Source: Bacteroidota bacterium (GTDB lineage Bacteria; Bacteroidota; Bacteroidia; B-17B0; Aurantibacillaceae). Taken from it: 24,000 nt of DNA. Positions 1 through 8,714 of this stretch are shown here, in pieces; position 1 is the stretch's first letter; each line of letters begins with the position of its first letter. The translations under genes were made by a program, and so were the position numbers. The notes under the pieces are model-generated. The model saw nothing but the letters and a program-made list of their open reading frames with translations. It searched no databases and was not told where the DNA came from. The stretch lies in contig JADJDM010000009.1 of the NCBI GenBank assembly GCA_016702705.1, positions 58,596 to 82,595 on the forward strand, written 5' to 3'.

Positions 1-2457
1 ATCTAAAACTAACTCCTCCTAATACATTCGTTCCCGCTTGAGGATAATAATGATTATATGTGTATTGCTGTCCACCATAAATCCAGCCATAGGTATAGCC
101 GTTAGAGCTGTATAGTTTATTAAATACATTGTTTACACTAACAGTAAAACGAATTTCTTTTATTGATTTTAATTTGAGTGTATATCCTAAACGTATATCA
201 GCAACATAGTAAGGGTCTAGTTTTCTTTTTTCGTTAGATGTGTTGTCTAAATATTGTTTACCAACATATTTGTTAATCATTGTAATATCAAAGTTTTTGC
301 AAGGAGTGAAAATTAAACTTACCGATGAAATTACATTTGGAGAGTAGGCAATATCAGTATTTGCGTAAACAATTGTATCCGCCAAATCATCAGTATCATA
401 ATTAGCTACGATTTCGTTAAAGTTTTTAATTTTATTTTGACTCAATGTTATGTTTCCATTTACGCTAAAATATTTTGATGCTTTGTAGCCAGCTTCTAGC
501 TCAATACCCATGCGGTAACTTTTATCTACATTCATTCTTCTCGAACCTCCAACATCATTTAGTTCTCCTGTAAGTACTAATTGATTTTTGTAGAACATTC
601 CGTATAAGTTAACTCCGTAGGCAAAATTCTTGAAGTTTTGATTGATGCCCATTTCAAAGTCATTCAATTGCTCAGCTTTTGGTTGACTTTTAAATTTATT
701 TTCAGTAAAATCTCCTCTGCTAGGCTCACGATTACCACGACTGTATGAAGCGTATATTTTTGCATTATCTGCTGGGTTATAAATTAAGCCTGCTTTAGGG
801 TTTATGAAATTAAATATTGCTGTTTGTGTTGAGTCACTTTTGTTGTTATCAATACCAACAAAATTATATTTTACATAACGGTGTTGAATATCAGCAAATA
901 AATTAAATCTCTTGGTTACTTCGTAATTTAATTTTAGGTAATTGTTTACATCTAATTTAAATCCTGTGTCATTATAATAACGGTGATTTATTTCGCTGTT
1001 ACTTGCATAACGCGACCAAATTACTTCACCATAATGTTGACCAACATAATTGTTTACCCCGCCGCCAATTGTCATTTGCAACTTGTTTATTGGTTTTGCA
1101 ATTAATGAATAAACTACACCATAAAAATCATTGTTTAACCATTTTCTTCTGATAAGGTCGCTGCTTGTAATAGTATCAGCTCCAACAACTACATCATTCA
1201 TGTTGTAGTCAGAAAGTGATTGATTATATTTATACTCTTCATAATAACCTTTTCCTTTCGTGTAATGAGCAGCAATATTTAGTGTGTACTTTTTGTTGAA
1301 CTCATGTATTAAATGTAATTGATAATTATCTTGCTTATAATTATCAGTTTGGTTTTTGTATCTATAGATATTATAAGTTCTATTGTCTGCAGTTTTAATG
1401 TTCATGGTGTCTTCAGGGGTAACGTATCCTAAATTATTGTATAAATAATTAAACAAACTATCTTTCGGTTCTCCATTTAATTTTGTTTCAGGGATACCAT
1501 TCCAAGCTTGGTAAGTTTGTTCATTACCTGAGAAAGCAACCCCTTTAATGGTTGTTTTTTTTCCGTAATAACCACCTGATACAAACCAAGAATATAATTT
1601 TGAAAAACCTCTATCTATAAAACCATCACTCGAAATACTTGAAGCTCTTGCATCAATTGCCCATGCTCGTTCATTAAACCTGTTCCAGCATTTAGTGTAG
1701 TTCGCAAAGTGTTAAACGAGCCGCCGCTATTAATTATTTCTGCATATGCTTTTGTATTTAATGTATTTGTTTGCACATTAATACTTCCTCCAAATGCTCC
1801 AGCACCGTTGGTTGAGCTACCAACACCTCTTTGTATTTGAATACTATTTGTACTCGATGCTAGATCCGGAAAATCAACCCAATAGGTTCCTTGGCTTTCT
1901 GCATCGTTGGTTGGAATACCATTTACAGTAACATTAATTCTACTTGCATCGCTGCCTCTAATGCGTAAACCTGTATATCCAATTCCTGTTCCTGCATCTG
2001 AGGTGCTTACTACAGAAGTTTGATTTCCTAATAAGTAAGGAACATCTTGGCCAAGATTTTGTTTTTGGATGTCTTCCTTATTCATGGTAGAATAAGCAAA
2101 TCCTGAATTGTTTGTTCGTGTTGATTGAACAATAACTTCATCAATTACAATTTGTGATTGTTTAAGTGTAATGTTTTTTTCTATACTTGCCCCGCTTAAA
2201 ATAACTGTGTCGATTTGTTTTTCGTAGCCTAAATAAAAACACTCAATCACATAAGTTCCGTCTTTTAAATTTTTAAGTAAATAGCTTCCATCACTTTTAC
2301 TGGATGTTGAAAGTAAAGTATTTTTAATACTTACAGCGGCATAAGAAATCTCTTCTCCTTTTTCATTTGTTACTTTACCTGTAATGTTGTTTTGCGAATT
2401 AATTCCACTAACGGCTGCAAAACATAGCGCCATTAAAACGATAATACGTTTTTTCAT
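1..2457 (-). pseudogene. TonB-dependent receptor (signal peptide, CarboxypepD_reg-like domain, plug, beta-barrel). The frame is broken by an apparent 1-nt deletion near 1659-1666, and the 3' end runs a few codons off the window.
   Basis: ORF 1615..2457 begins MKKRIIVLMALCFAAVSG (signal peptide). It continues with ITGKVTNEKGEEISYAAVSIK...DGSYLLKNLKDGTYVIECFYLGYEK (CarboxypepD_reg-like) and GLRIRGSDASRINVTVNGIP...IQIQRGVGSSTNGAGAFGGSINV (plug). After ...LNAGTGLMNEH this frame reaches a stop at 1615. My hand translation of the adjacent frame is open from about 1690 to base 1: (A)WAIDARASSISSDGFIDRGFSKLYSWFVSGGYYGKK...YRMGIELEAGYK...YPQAGTNVLGGVSFR, which is the barrel almost to its C-terminus. 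Confidence 0.7.
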
Positions 2458-2477
2458 TTCTTTTTTCTTTTTACATT

Positions 2478-2531
2478 AATAAATAAAACAAAAGCAGGGA
2501 TCGCAATTGTTTGATATTTATTTCCCTACGC
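2478..2531 (-). terminator. Possible riboswitch expression platform / intrinsic terminator
   Basis: On the minus strand, GCGUAGGGA (the 3' end of the aptamer) can pair with UCCCUGC (revcomp of 2494-2500). UUUUGUUUUAUUU follows, about 25 nt before the receptor ATG at 2457. The stem is short and bulged. Confidence 0.35.
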
Positions 2532-2697
2532 AGGCATTACCCTGATCAGGTCCGTAATACAATATGATTGGCATATGATATTACTGGGTATAATCTCAGC
2601 CTAATCATTTTAGATGTTAGATATAAGATTTTTGATTTAATACTAAATCTAAAATCTGAAATCTTCCATCTGAAATGCAAAGCACCCCTTAAGACGT
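2521..2697 (-). promoter_or_regulatory. TPP (THI-box) riboswitch aptamer in the 5' leader of the TonB-dependent receptor
   Basis: The minus strand reads AAGGGGTGCT...[82-nt insert]...GCTGAGATTATACCC...[34-nt hairpin]...ACCTGATCAGGGTAATGCCTGCGTAGGGAA. This contains all the conserved THI-box blocks: GGGGUGC, CUGAGA..ACCC and ACCUGAUC-NGG-UAAU-GCC-NGCGUAGGGAA, with CAGG/CCUG pairing in P5. I could not place the P1 helix with confidence. Confidence 0.85.
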
Positions 2698-2699
2698 GG

Positions 2700-2707
2700 C
2701 AAATGTA
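2700..2707 (-). promoter_or_regulatory. Candidate Bacteroidota -7 promoter box (TACATTTG) for the riboswitch-receptor transcript
   Basis: The minus strand reads TACATTTG, matching the TAnnTTTG consensus. It sits about 10 nt upstream of the first conserved riboswitch block. Confidence 0.35.
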
Positions 2708-2716
2708 TAAAAATAT

Positions 2717-2923
2717 TTAGATTTTACGCCAAGAAATTATTGGGTAATGGTAACTATCGTTGCGGGTGAATTCCCATTTTTTGTTGCACAACAGACATTT
2801 TAATACGGTTTTTTCTTCGTAATCTTCATCAACAGAAGAAATTACTTCCAGCACCTTTTCTTTAACCAAGTCGTAGTGAAGGTCTTTTTTAGCTGCTGCT
2901 ACTGTGCATTTGCAATCTGCCAT
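2717..2923 (-). CDS. Small Cys-containing hypothetical protein (68 aa, CxC...CxxC)
   Basis: This is the internal ATG of track ORF 2717..3067: MADCKCTVAAAKKDLHYDLVKEKVLEVISSVDEDYEEKTVLKCLLCNKKWEFTRNDSYHYPIISWRKI. A TAAATTTG box lies 18 nt upstream. The longer track ORF would overlap the divergent E1 gene and its N-terminal extension looks like non-coding junk. Confidence 0.45.
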   Translation of the reverse strand: MADCKCTVAAAKKDLHYDLVKEKVLEVISSVDEDYEEKTVLKCLLCNKKWEFTRNDSYHYPIISWRKI

Positions 2924-2941
2924 GTTGAGGTTTTTGTTTTT

Positions 2942-2982
2942 CAAATTTAAGCATAAATCACTACATTTGAAGTCTAAATTTG
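2942..2982. promoter_or_regulatory. Divergent promoter region carrying three TAnnTTTG -7 boxes
   Basis: One box is on the minus strand (TAAATTTG, 2942-2949, serving the small CDS). Two are on the plus strand (TACATTTG at 2962-2969 and TAAATTTG at 2975-2982), upstream of the ATG at 2988. Confidence 0.35.
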
Positions 2983-2987
2983 CAATT

Positions 2988-4985
2988 ATGATTACTGCTG
3001 AAATGCCTGTTAAATTCGAAAGAAAAAAACATAAAGATGAAACTTTATTACAGTTATATAGAAACATATTAAAGCCTCGTATGATTGAAGAAAAGATGTT
3101 AATCTTACTTCGTCAAGGAAAAATTTCGAAATGGTTTTCGGGTATTGGACAAGAAGCAATTTCCGTTGGTGTTGCAACTGCAATGGATAAAGAAGAATTT
3201 ATCTTACCAATGCATCGTAACCTTGGAGTTTTCACAACTCGTGGAATTCCTCTTAATCGTTTGTTCTCTCAGTTCACTGGTAAGCCAGGCGGATTTACAA
3301 AAGGACGTGATCGCTCATTTCATTTTGGAACACAAGAATATAAAATTGTTGGTATGATTTCTCATCTTGGTCCGCAAATGGGTGTGGCAGATGGAATTAG
3401 CTTAGCAAATAAATTAAAAGGAGCAAAATTAGCAACGGCAGTTTTCACGGGCGATGGGGCAACTAGCGAAGGTGATTTTCATGAAAGTATGAACGTTGCT
3501 GCTGTGTGGGATTTACCAGTAATTTTTGTAATTGAAAATAATGGTTACGGACTTTCAACACCAAGTGCAGAGCAATTTAAGTGCAAACAATTTATTGATA
3601 AGGCTATTGGTTACGGAATTGAAGGATTTCAAGTTGATGGAAATAATGTATTAAAAGTATTTGAAGCAGTTAAACGTATTACAGAAGAAATAAGAGAAAG
3701 ACCTCGCCCTGTTTTATTAGAGTGTATGACTTTCCGTATGCGTGGACACGAAGAGGCATCAGGGACAAAATATATTCCTAAAGAATTATTTGAGCAATGG
3801 GGTAAAAAAGATCCAGTTCAAAATTTCGAAAAATGGTTGTTAGATGAAGGTGTGTTGACAGAAGAAATTATCGAAAACATACGTGCTGAATACAAAAAGG
3901 AAATTGAAGATGGTTTAGAAATTACATTTAATGAAACTATCCCAACTCCTGATACAGCATTGGAATTGCGCGATATGTACAAACCATTTGTTAATCCAAA
4001 TATTCAACCAAGTGGAAATAAAACTAACAAACGTTTTATTGATGCCTTATCGGATGGTATGCGCCAAGCAATGCAAAAGCATTCGAATTTGGTGTTGATG
4101 GGACAAGATATTGCAGAGTACGGTGGGGCATTTAAAATTACGGATGGTTTTGTCGCTGAGTTTGGTAAGGCAAGAGTGCGTAATACTCCATTGTGCGAAT
4201 CAGCAATTTTAGGAACAGGTTTTGGTTTAAGTATTAACGGACACAAAGCGATGGTAGAAATGCAGTTCGCTGATTTCGTTTCGGAAGGTATTACACAAAT
4301 TGTAAATAATTTAGCTAAATCGCATTACCGTTGGGGACAACATGCAGATGTAGTTGTGCGTATGCCTACAGGTGCAGGTGTTGCAGCTGGACCATTCCAT
4401 TCACAAAGTAACGAAGCTTGGTTTTTTAAAACACCAGGATTAAAAATTGCTTATCCAGCTTTTCCATCTGATGCAAAAGGATTATTGTTAAGTGCCTTTG
4501 AAGATCCAAATCCTGTTATGTTTTTTGAGCATAAAGGTTTGTATAGAAGTATTACAGAAGATATCTCTGACGATTATTATACTATTCCTTTTGGACAAGC
4601 ACGCCTTGTAAAAGAAGGAACTCAAGTTTCTATTATAACTTACGGAATGGGTGTGCATTGGGCAATTGAGTTGTTAGAAAAACATCCAGAAATTTCTGCA
4701 GACTTAGTTGACTTAAGAACATTAGCACCATTGGATGTAGAAACAATTCATGCTTCTGTCAAGAAAACTGGTAGAGCATTTATTTTGCATGAAGATACCA
4801 TCACTGGTGGAATAGGAGGAGAGTTAAGCGCATTGATTTCTGAACATTGTTTTGAATACTTGGATGCACCTGTTGCACGTGAAGGAAGTTTAGATACTCC
4901 AGTTCCAATGAATGCAGATTTAGAAATTAATTTTTTGCCAAAGGAAAGGTTTGCAAAAAAACTAATTGATTTAATTAACTACTAA
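2988..4985 (+). CDS. Fused E1 alpha/beta component of a 2-oxoacid (branched-chain/2-oxoisovalerate type) dehydrogenase, TPP-dependent
   Basis: This is track ORF 2904..4985, with the start moved to MITAEMPVKFERKK at 2988 because promoter boxes lie inside the longer version. The alpha part has a TPP-binding motif (GDGATSEGDFHESMNVAAVWDLPVIFVIENNGYG). The beta part follows (VLMGQDIAEYGGAFKITDGF...NTPLCESAILGTGFGLS...DLRTLAPLD). Confidence 0.9.
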   Translation: MITAEMPVKFERKKHKDETLLQLYRNILKPRMIEEKMLILLRQGKISKWFSGIGQEAISVGVATAMDKEEFILPMHRNLGVFTTRGIPLNRLFSQFTGKPGGFTKGRDRSFHFGTQEYKIVGMISHLGPQMGVADGISLANKLKGAKLATAVFTGDGATSEGDFHESMNVAAVWDLPVIFVIENNGYGLSTPSAEQFKCKQFIDKAIGYGIEGFQVDGNNVLKVFEAVKRITEEIRERPRPVLLECMTFRMRGHEEASGTKYIPKELFEQWGKKDPVQNFEKWLLDEGVLTEEIIENIRAEYKKEIEDGLEITFNETIPTPDTALELRDMYKPFVNPNIQPSGNKTNKRFIDALSDGMRQAMQKHSNLVLMGQDIAEYGGAFKITDGFVAEFGKARVRNTPLCESAILGTGFGLSINGHKAMVEMQFADFVSEGITQIVNNLAKSHYRWGQHADVVVRMPTGAGVAAGPFHSQSNEAWFFKTPGLKIAYPAFPSDAKGLLLSAFEDPNPVMFFEHKGLYRSITEDISDDYYTIPFGQARLVKEGTQVSIITYGMGVHWAIELLEKHPEISADLVDLRTLAPLDVETIHASVKKTGRAFILHEDTITGGIGGELSALISEHCFEYLDAPVAREGSLDTPVPMNADLEINFLPKERFAKKLIDLINY

Positions 4986-4996
4986 AAATAAAAGAG

Positions 4997-5260
4997 ATGA
5001 AATATATTTTAATCTTAGTAAGTGCTATTCTTCTATTTGCGGCATGTTCTGCAAACATTTCGGAGGTTAAACCTGGTATGACAACTGCTGAAGTTGAAAA
5101 AATATTGGGAAAAGCAAATCAAACTAGTTCTTCTTCAAGTAGTAGCTCAATTAATGATAGTACAGTTACTGAAGTAAGTTCAGCCGAATGGAAATACAAT
5201 GATAAGGGGACAGTTAACTTTGAAAATGACAAGGTTGTAAGCATAGTTCCTGGGAAATAA
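4997..5260 (+). CDS. Small lipoprotein, BamE/SmpA-OmlA-like
   Basis: Lipobox LLFAAC, then KPGMTTAEVEKILGKAN, which resembles the BamE-type motif. It also has a poly-Ser linker. Confidence 0.6.
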   Translation: MKYILILVSAILLFAACSANISEVKPGMTTAEVEKILGKANQTSSSSSSSSINDSTVTEVSSAEWKYNDKGTVNFENDKVVSIVPGK

Positions 5261-5409
5261 TTCATTTATTTTTACCACTTATGGATTGATTTATCGTTTA
5301 AACTAATTAAACCCTGCCGTTTAATAAAAAAGTGTTGCGCGAATAAGTATTTCCTTTACTTTCGCTCTCGGATTCGATAATTACCCTAATCAAACCGATA
5401 AGAACAAAA

Positions 5410-5949
5410 ATGTACTCGATAGAAACGCCACCAATCAAATCTGGGAACACGTATTTTTTTAATACGGATTCAGGTATGAGGTACGAAGTAAGGTTTGGCA
5501 GAAAAAAAGAGAATGCATTATGTGCAACATTGGTATTTGGAGTTGTCAATTGCGATGATGCTGATGAGTATAGCTTAACCAACAGAGGTGAAGTTTGGCA
5601 AGTAATGAATACGATTGTTGAAATTGGTAGAGTATTTATGAGCGAGCACCCAGCAATTTGTTACTACGAAATTTATGCTTTAGAGAAAGAAGATGAAAGT
5701 GAATTCGAAACAAGTTCAAGAATGAATTTGTATTTCAGATTTATTCCACGTCTTTTTAATGATAATTGGAAATTGTTTGTTCTTAATAATAAAGCAATCG
5801 TTCTTAAGAAGGATGTCGAGCATTTGTATGCTTCTGTAATAGCAGATGAATTAAGTCCTAAAGAAACTATAAGTAAAGAAGAAAAGGAAGTAAGTCCGTT
5901 TAGCCTTAATAGATTACTTTCTTTTATTGATAGAAGAAGAATGAATTAA
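5410..5949 (+). CDS. Hypothetical protein (179 aa), no recognisable domain
   Basis: Clean ORF with protein-like composition, followed by a strong terminator. I recognise no motif. Confidence 0.55.
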   Translation: MYSIETPPIKSGNTYFFNTDSGMRYEVRFGRKKENALCATLVFGVVNCDDADEYSLTNRGEVWQVMNTIVEIGRVFMSEHPAICYYEIYALEKEDESEFETSSRMNLYFRFIPRLFNDNWKLFVLNNKAIVLKKDVEHLYASVIADELSPKETISKEEKEVSPFSLNRLLSFIDRRRMN

Positions 5950-5974
5950 TTTTCAAAAGAGGTTTAGTTAAAAG

Positions 5975-6020
5975 CAAAAAAGTCCCGCTATCTTGAACTT
6001 GTCAAGGGCGGGACTTTTTT
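5975..6020. terminator. Bidirectional intrinsic terminator between convergent genes
   Basis: AAAAAAGTCCCGC..(CTTGA ACTTG TCAAG)..GCGGGACTTTTTT. An 8-bp GC stem plus an inner 5-bp stem, with an A-run on the 5' side and a T-run on the 3' side. Confidence 0.8.
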
Positions 6021-6037
6021 ATTAATTAGTTTTTTGA

Positions 6038-7975
6038 TTAGATCACATCACCTTTTTTGTCATCCTTTTTAGCAGTTTTACTGTTTTCTTCAATTGTTTT
6101 CTTTGTCATATCATCCATTAATTTTAAACCAAGTAAACCGCTAATTGGTCCGTTTGGTCCGCCATCTCCAGAGATTAACACATCAGGGATAACTTTGATT
6201 TTATCCTTACCAATTGCTTCCGTAATTTTTAACCGTGTAAAGTTATCGCCACCCATTGCAGTTACCGCAAGGTTATATGATTCTGCATTTGATTTACCAA
6301 TTGCTAAAATCTTCTCTGCTTCTGCTTTACCTGTTACACTAATTTGTTCAGCATTTGCATTAGCTAAAGCTTTAATTTTTTCTGCTTCAGCGTTTGCAGT
6401 TACTTTTGTTTTTTCTGCATCTGCACTTGCAATTACTTTTAACCTGTCAGCTTCTGCATTCGAAGAAATTTTTACACTTTGCGCTTCACCCGTTGCTTTC
6501 TTAACCGCAGCATCTGCAATACGTTCAGAGATTAATACACCTTGATCTGCTTTCACAATTTCTTTTTGCATATCAGCTACCGCAGTTTCTTTTTCTAATG
6601 CCTGACGTGTAACCTCTGCTCTTTTTTGTGTTTCAAAAGTGGTGTTTTGCTCCTCCGCAATTTTACGATCAGTTAATGTTTTCATTAAACTTTCTGGCGG
6701 AACAATATCTCCAATTAAAGTATCTACACCATTTACATTGTATTGATCTAATACTTCACTTATACGTTTTTTCGCTGCGTCTTGTCTTTCCTTACGTGAA
6801 CTTAAGAACGCAATTACATCACTGTCTTGCGCTGAGTTACGGAAGTAGTTACCAATGGTTGGTTCTAATACTTGTCCAACTAAGTTCATCATACTACCAA
6901 AACGTGCAATTACTTTTGGAGCTTCCGTTGTAGGAATGTGAATGATTTGCGATACATCTAAATTAAAAGGGAAACCATCTTTTGAACGCACAGTAATAGT
7001 AGATAAATTTTTATCTAATTGATGTGATTCACTTCTTGCATTTGCCCAGTTTAAAACTAAGTTAGTTGTTGGCACTAATTCAACACGCATAATAAAAGTA
7101 TTGATCGGGTATTTACCTGGCCCTAAAGGCTCAGCCCACACACCTTTTTCACCTTTACTTACAATATTACCATGTTTAAATTCTGCCCCGCTTAAATCTT
7201 TACCATCTTGTCCAACATACGAAATAACAACACCAACATAACCAATTGGAATCTCTGTCATTTTAATTTGCTCTACTTGGATAAACCAAGGATTTAAATA
7301 ATATGAACCCGCTAAAATAATTTCGGGTTGTAAACCTTTGTTACCTCCATTAGCTAAGAAAGCGTCGCAATCTTGGAAATTGTTATGACCTTTAGTTGGT
7401 TTACCTGCAATATTTCCTTCATCAATTGGTAAACCATCCATTGTTGTTACTACACCAACCATGTTTTCGGTAATGTGTGTCATATCATACGTCATGATAT
7501 CAAACAAAAACGTATTGATACGATATGTACCCGCAGTAATAATTGCCGACTGACGTCCTTTACGTCCACCATGATTAAAAAAGGCAGCAGCATCTTGAAA
7601 AGAATCACACTCCACTTTACGAGCTAATATAAATCCTGTTTCTAATTCTGCACCATCTTTCGCCACTAATAAACCAATTTTACCTTCAGGGATAACAGTA
7701 AAACTTTGTTGTTTAATTTCAAATTGCCACACCCAGTACCAAAAGTAAATTCCTGGTGCTAAGCTTTGCGCTTGAAAACCTGCTTCACCATTTACTGCAA
7801 TAATTCTACCTGCAGGTAATTCTTTGTTGGCTCCAAATAAAACAAATTTCTTCGTTACAAGTCCAATCTTGTCTTCAGGGATAATAATAATTCCGAACAG
7901 TCGGAAAATAAGTTTGTAAAAAATTAAACAAACGATTGGGATGAGTACCCACCAATACTTTAATAAAGCTTCCAT
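6038..7975 (-). CDS. Flotillin / SPFH (band-7) family membrane protein, YqiK-like
   Basis: N-terminal TM segment (YWWVLIPIVCLIFYKLIF). SPFH core (ITVRSKDGFPFNLDVSQIIHI...). Ala/Glu-rich flotillin tail (ANAEAEKIKALANANAEQISVTGKAEAEKILAIGKSNAESY). Confidence 0.85.
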   Translation of the reverse strand: MEALLKYWWVLIPIVCLIFYKLIFRLFGIIIIPEDKIGLVTKKFVLFGANKELPAGRIIAVNGEAGFQAQSLAPGIYFWYWVWQFEIKQQSFTVIPEGKIGLLVAKDGAELETGFILARKVECDSFQDAAAFFNHGGRKGRQSAIITAGTYRINTFLFDIMTYDMTHITENMVGVVTTMDGLPIDEGNIAGKPTKGHNNFQDCDAFLANGGNKGLQPEIILAGSYYLNPWFIQVEQIKMTEIPIGYVGVVISYVGQDGKDLSGAEFKHGNIVSKGEKGVWAEPLGPGKYPINTFIMRVELVPTTNLVLNWANARSESHQLDKNLSTITVRSKDGFPFNLDVSQIIHIPTTEAPKVIARFGSMMNLVGQVLEPTIGNYFRNSAQDSDVIAFLSSRKERQDAAKKRISEVLDQYNVNGVDTLIGDIVPPESLMKTLTDRKIAEEQNTTFETQKRAEVTRQALEKETAVADMQKEIVKADQGVLISERIADAAVKKATGEAQSVKISSNAEADRLKVIASADAEKTKVTANAEAEKIKALANANAEQISVTGKAEAEKILAIGKSNAESYNLAVTAMGGDNFTRLKITEAIGKDKIKVIPDVLISGDGGPNGPISGLLGLKLMDDMTKKTIEENSKTAKKDDKKGDVI

Positions 7976-8090
7976 AATAGTATATAAATTTAGTAGAGTA
8001 AATGTACGTGGTCTTGAAATCGCTTTTAAGATTTTATACCGAATAATTTATGAACCGAGAAACGGCTTTATGAACAAAGAAGAAGATTTT

Positions 8091-8714
8091 CTAAGCGTCG
8101 ATTTCACTTACTTTAACAAGAACAAATTTGCAGTTTTCATTACTTGTAATATTAATTTTGTCGCCAACTGTTTTGTTTTCGAAGAGTAGAAAATCTTTTT
8201 GATTTAGTAATTGGTCGTTTGCTATTAAGCTACCTTCGAGCAAATATAAACCTATGAATTTACTTTCGTTGTATAAGTATGATTTGTTAGCGTCTGCAGA
8301 TAGTGTATCAATAGAAAGACTTCCATTCCAGCCGACTTTCATCATTAAATTAAAATCAACCACTTTACCTTTTGCTTTTGTTTCCCATTCTCCATGAAAC
8401 TCATCACATTGGTATTGTTGTAAAATTTTGTTGTGTTGGTTTTTGTGTTCGATAAAAAGTTCGCCTTGCAATATCATCAGTATGCGCTTGTATCCGGGTA
8501 GTTGAGTGAAATTGCTTTCTTCAACTTCAACGGTTGCAGTACTTATTCTGAAATCAAAATTTCGTTCGCTGTATTCAGCTTCTTCAGGATAAATAAATAA
8601 CTCTGTTGTAGTGCCGCCACTCCAGGTACTTATTTTTTGTTGAGCGTAAGAAGTTAATTGCAAGGTTAATTTATTTTTATTTAAAGATAGATTATTTCTC
8701 TTTATCTGCACCAA
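8091..8714 (-). CDS. HutD-family protein
   Basis: STWSGGTTTELFIYPEEA...FDFRISTATVEVEESNFTQLPGYKRILMILQGEL...GKVVDFNLMM matches the HutD pattern (W.GG.T.E, FS.F.G..R, DFNLM). The start is uncertain: the TTG at 8714 overlaps the upstream gene by 23 bp, while an in-frame TTG at 8663 would give about 190 aa. Confidence 0.75.
   Translation of the reverse strand: MVQIKRNNLSLNKNKLTLQLTSYAQQKISTWSGGTTTELFIYPEEAEYSERNFDFRISTATVEVEESNFTQLPGYKRILMILQGELFIEHKNQHNKILQQYQCDEFHGEWETKAKGKVVDFNLMMKVGWNGSLSIDTLSADANKSYLYNESKFIGLYLLEGSLIANDQLLNQKDFLLFENKTVGDKINITSNENCKFVLVKVSEIDA

Noticed and set aside
2904-2987. The longer 693-aa version of the E1 ORF starting at 2904
   Set aside because: The extra 28 codons (MHLQSAMLRFLFFKFKHKSLHLKSKFAI) overlap the divergent small gene and contain the TAnnTTTG promoter boxes. 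The ATG at 2988 gives the expected N-terminus.
2988-4985. A functional link between the TPP-dependent E1 gene and the nearby TPP riboswitch
   Set aside because: The riboswitch is on the opposite strand and faces away, towards the receptor gene, and a separate small gene and promoters lie in between. The adjacency is most simply coincidence.
5124-5150. Poly-serine coding run (SSSSSSSS) in the small lipoprotein
   Set aside because: It is a low-complexity linker that uses mixed Ser codons. It is not a slippage-prone homopolymer or a phase-variation tract.
6057-6545. Antisense and shadow ORFs in the track (6057..6545, 6628..6933, 3145..3357, 4004..4246, 10473..10748, 11479..11703, 11834..12094, 12135..12353, 12350..12535, 15110..15406, 15521..15712, 15904..16104, 16062..16370, 18528..18761, 19900..20088, 20636..20902, 21012..21200, 22737..23015, 23511..23702, 5307..5582, 7941..8189, 9170..9448, 9293..9478)
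   Set aside because: Each lies inside or opposite a much longer ORF with clear family motifs, or spans non-coding sequence. Their translations are low-complexity (Leu/Phe/Ser/Ile-rich) with no recognisable motifs.
6250-6560. Periodic GCTTCTGC/GCATTTGC repeats that at first glance suggested a tandem DNA repeat
   Set aside because: They are the coding image of the Ala/Glu-rich heptad tail (AEAEK/ANAEA) typical of flotillins. They are imperfect at the DNA level and have no spacer/repeat architecture.
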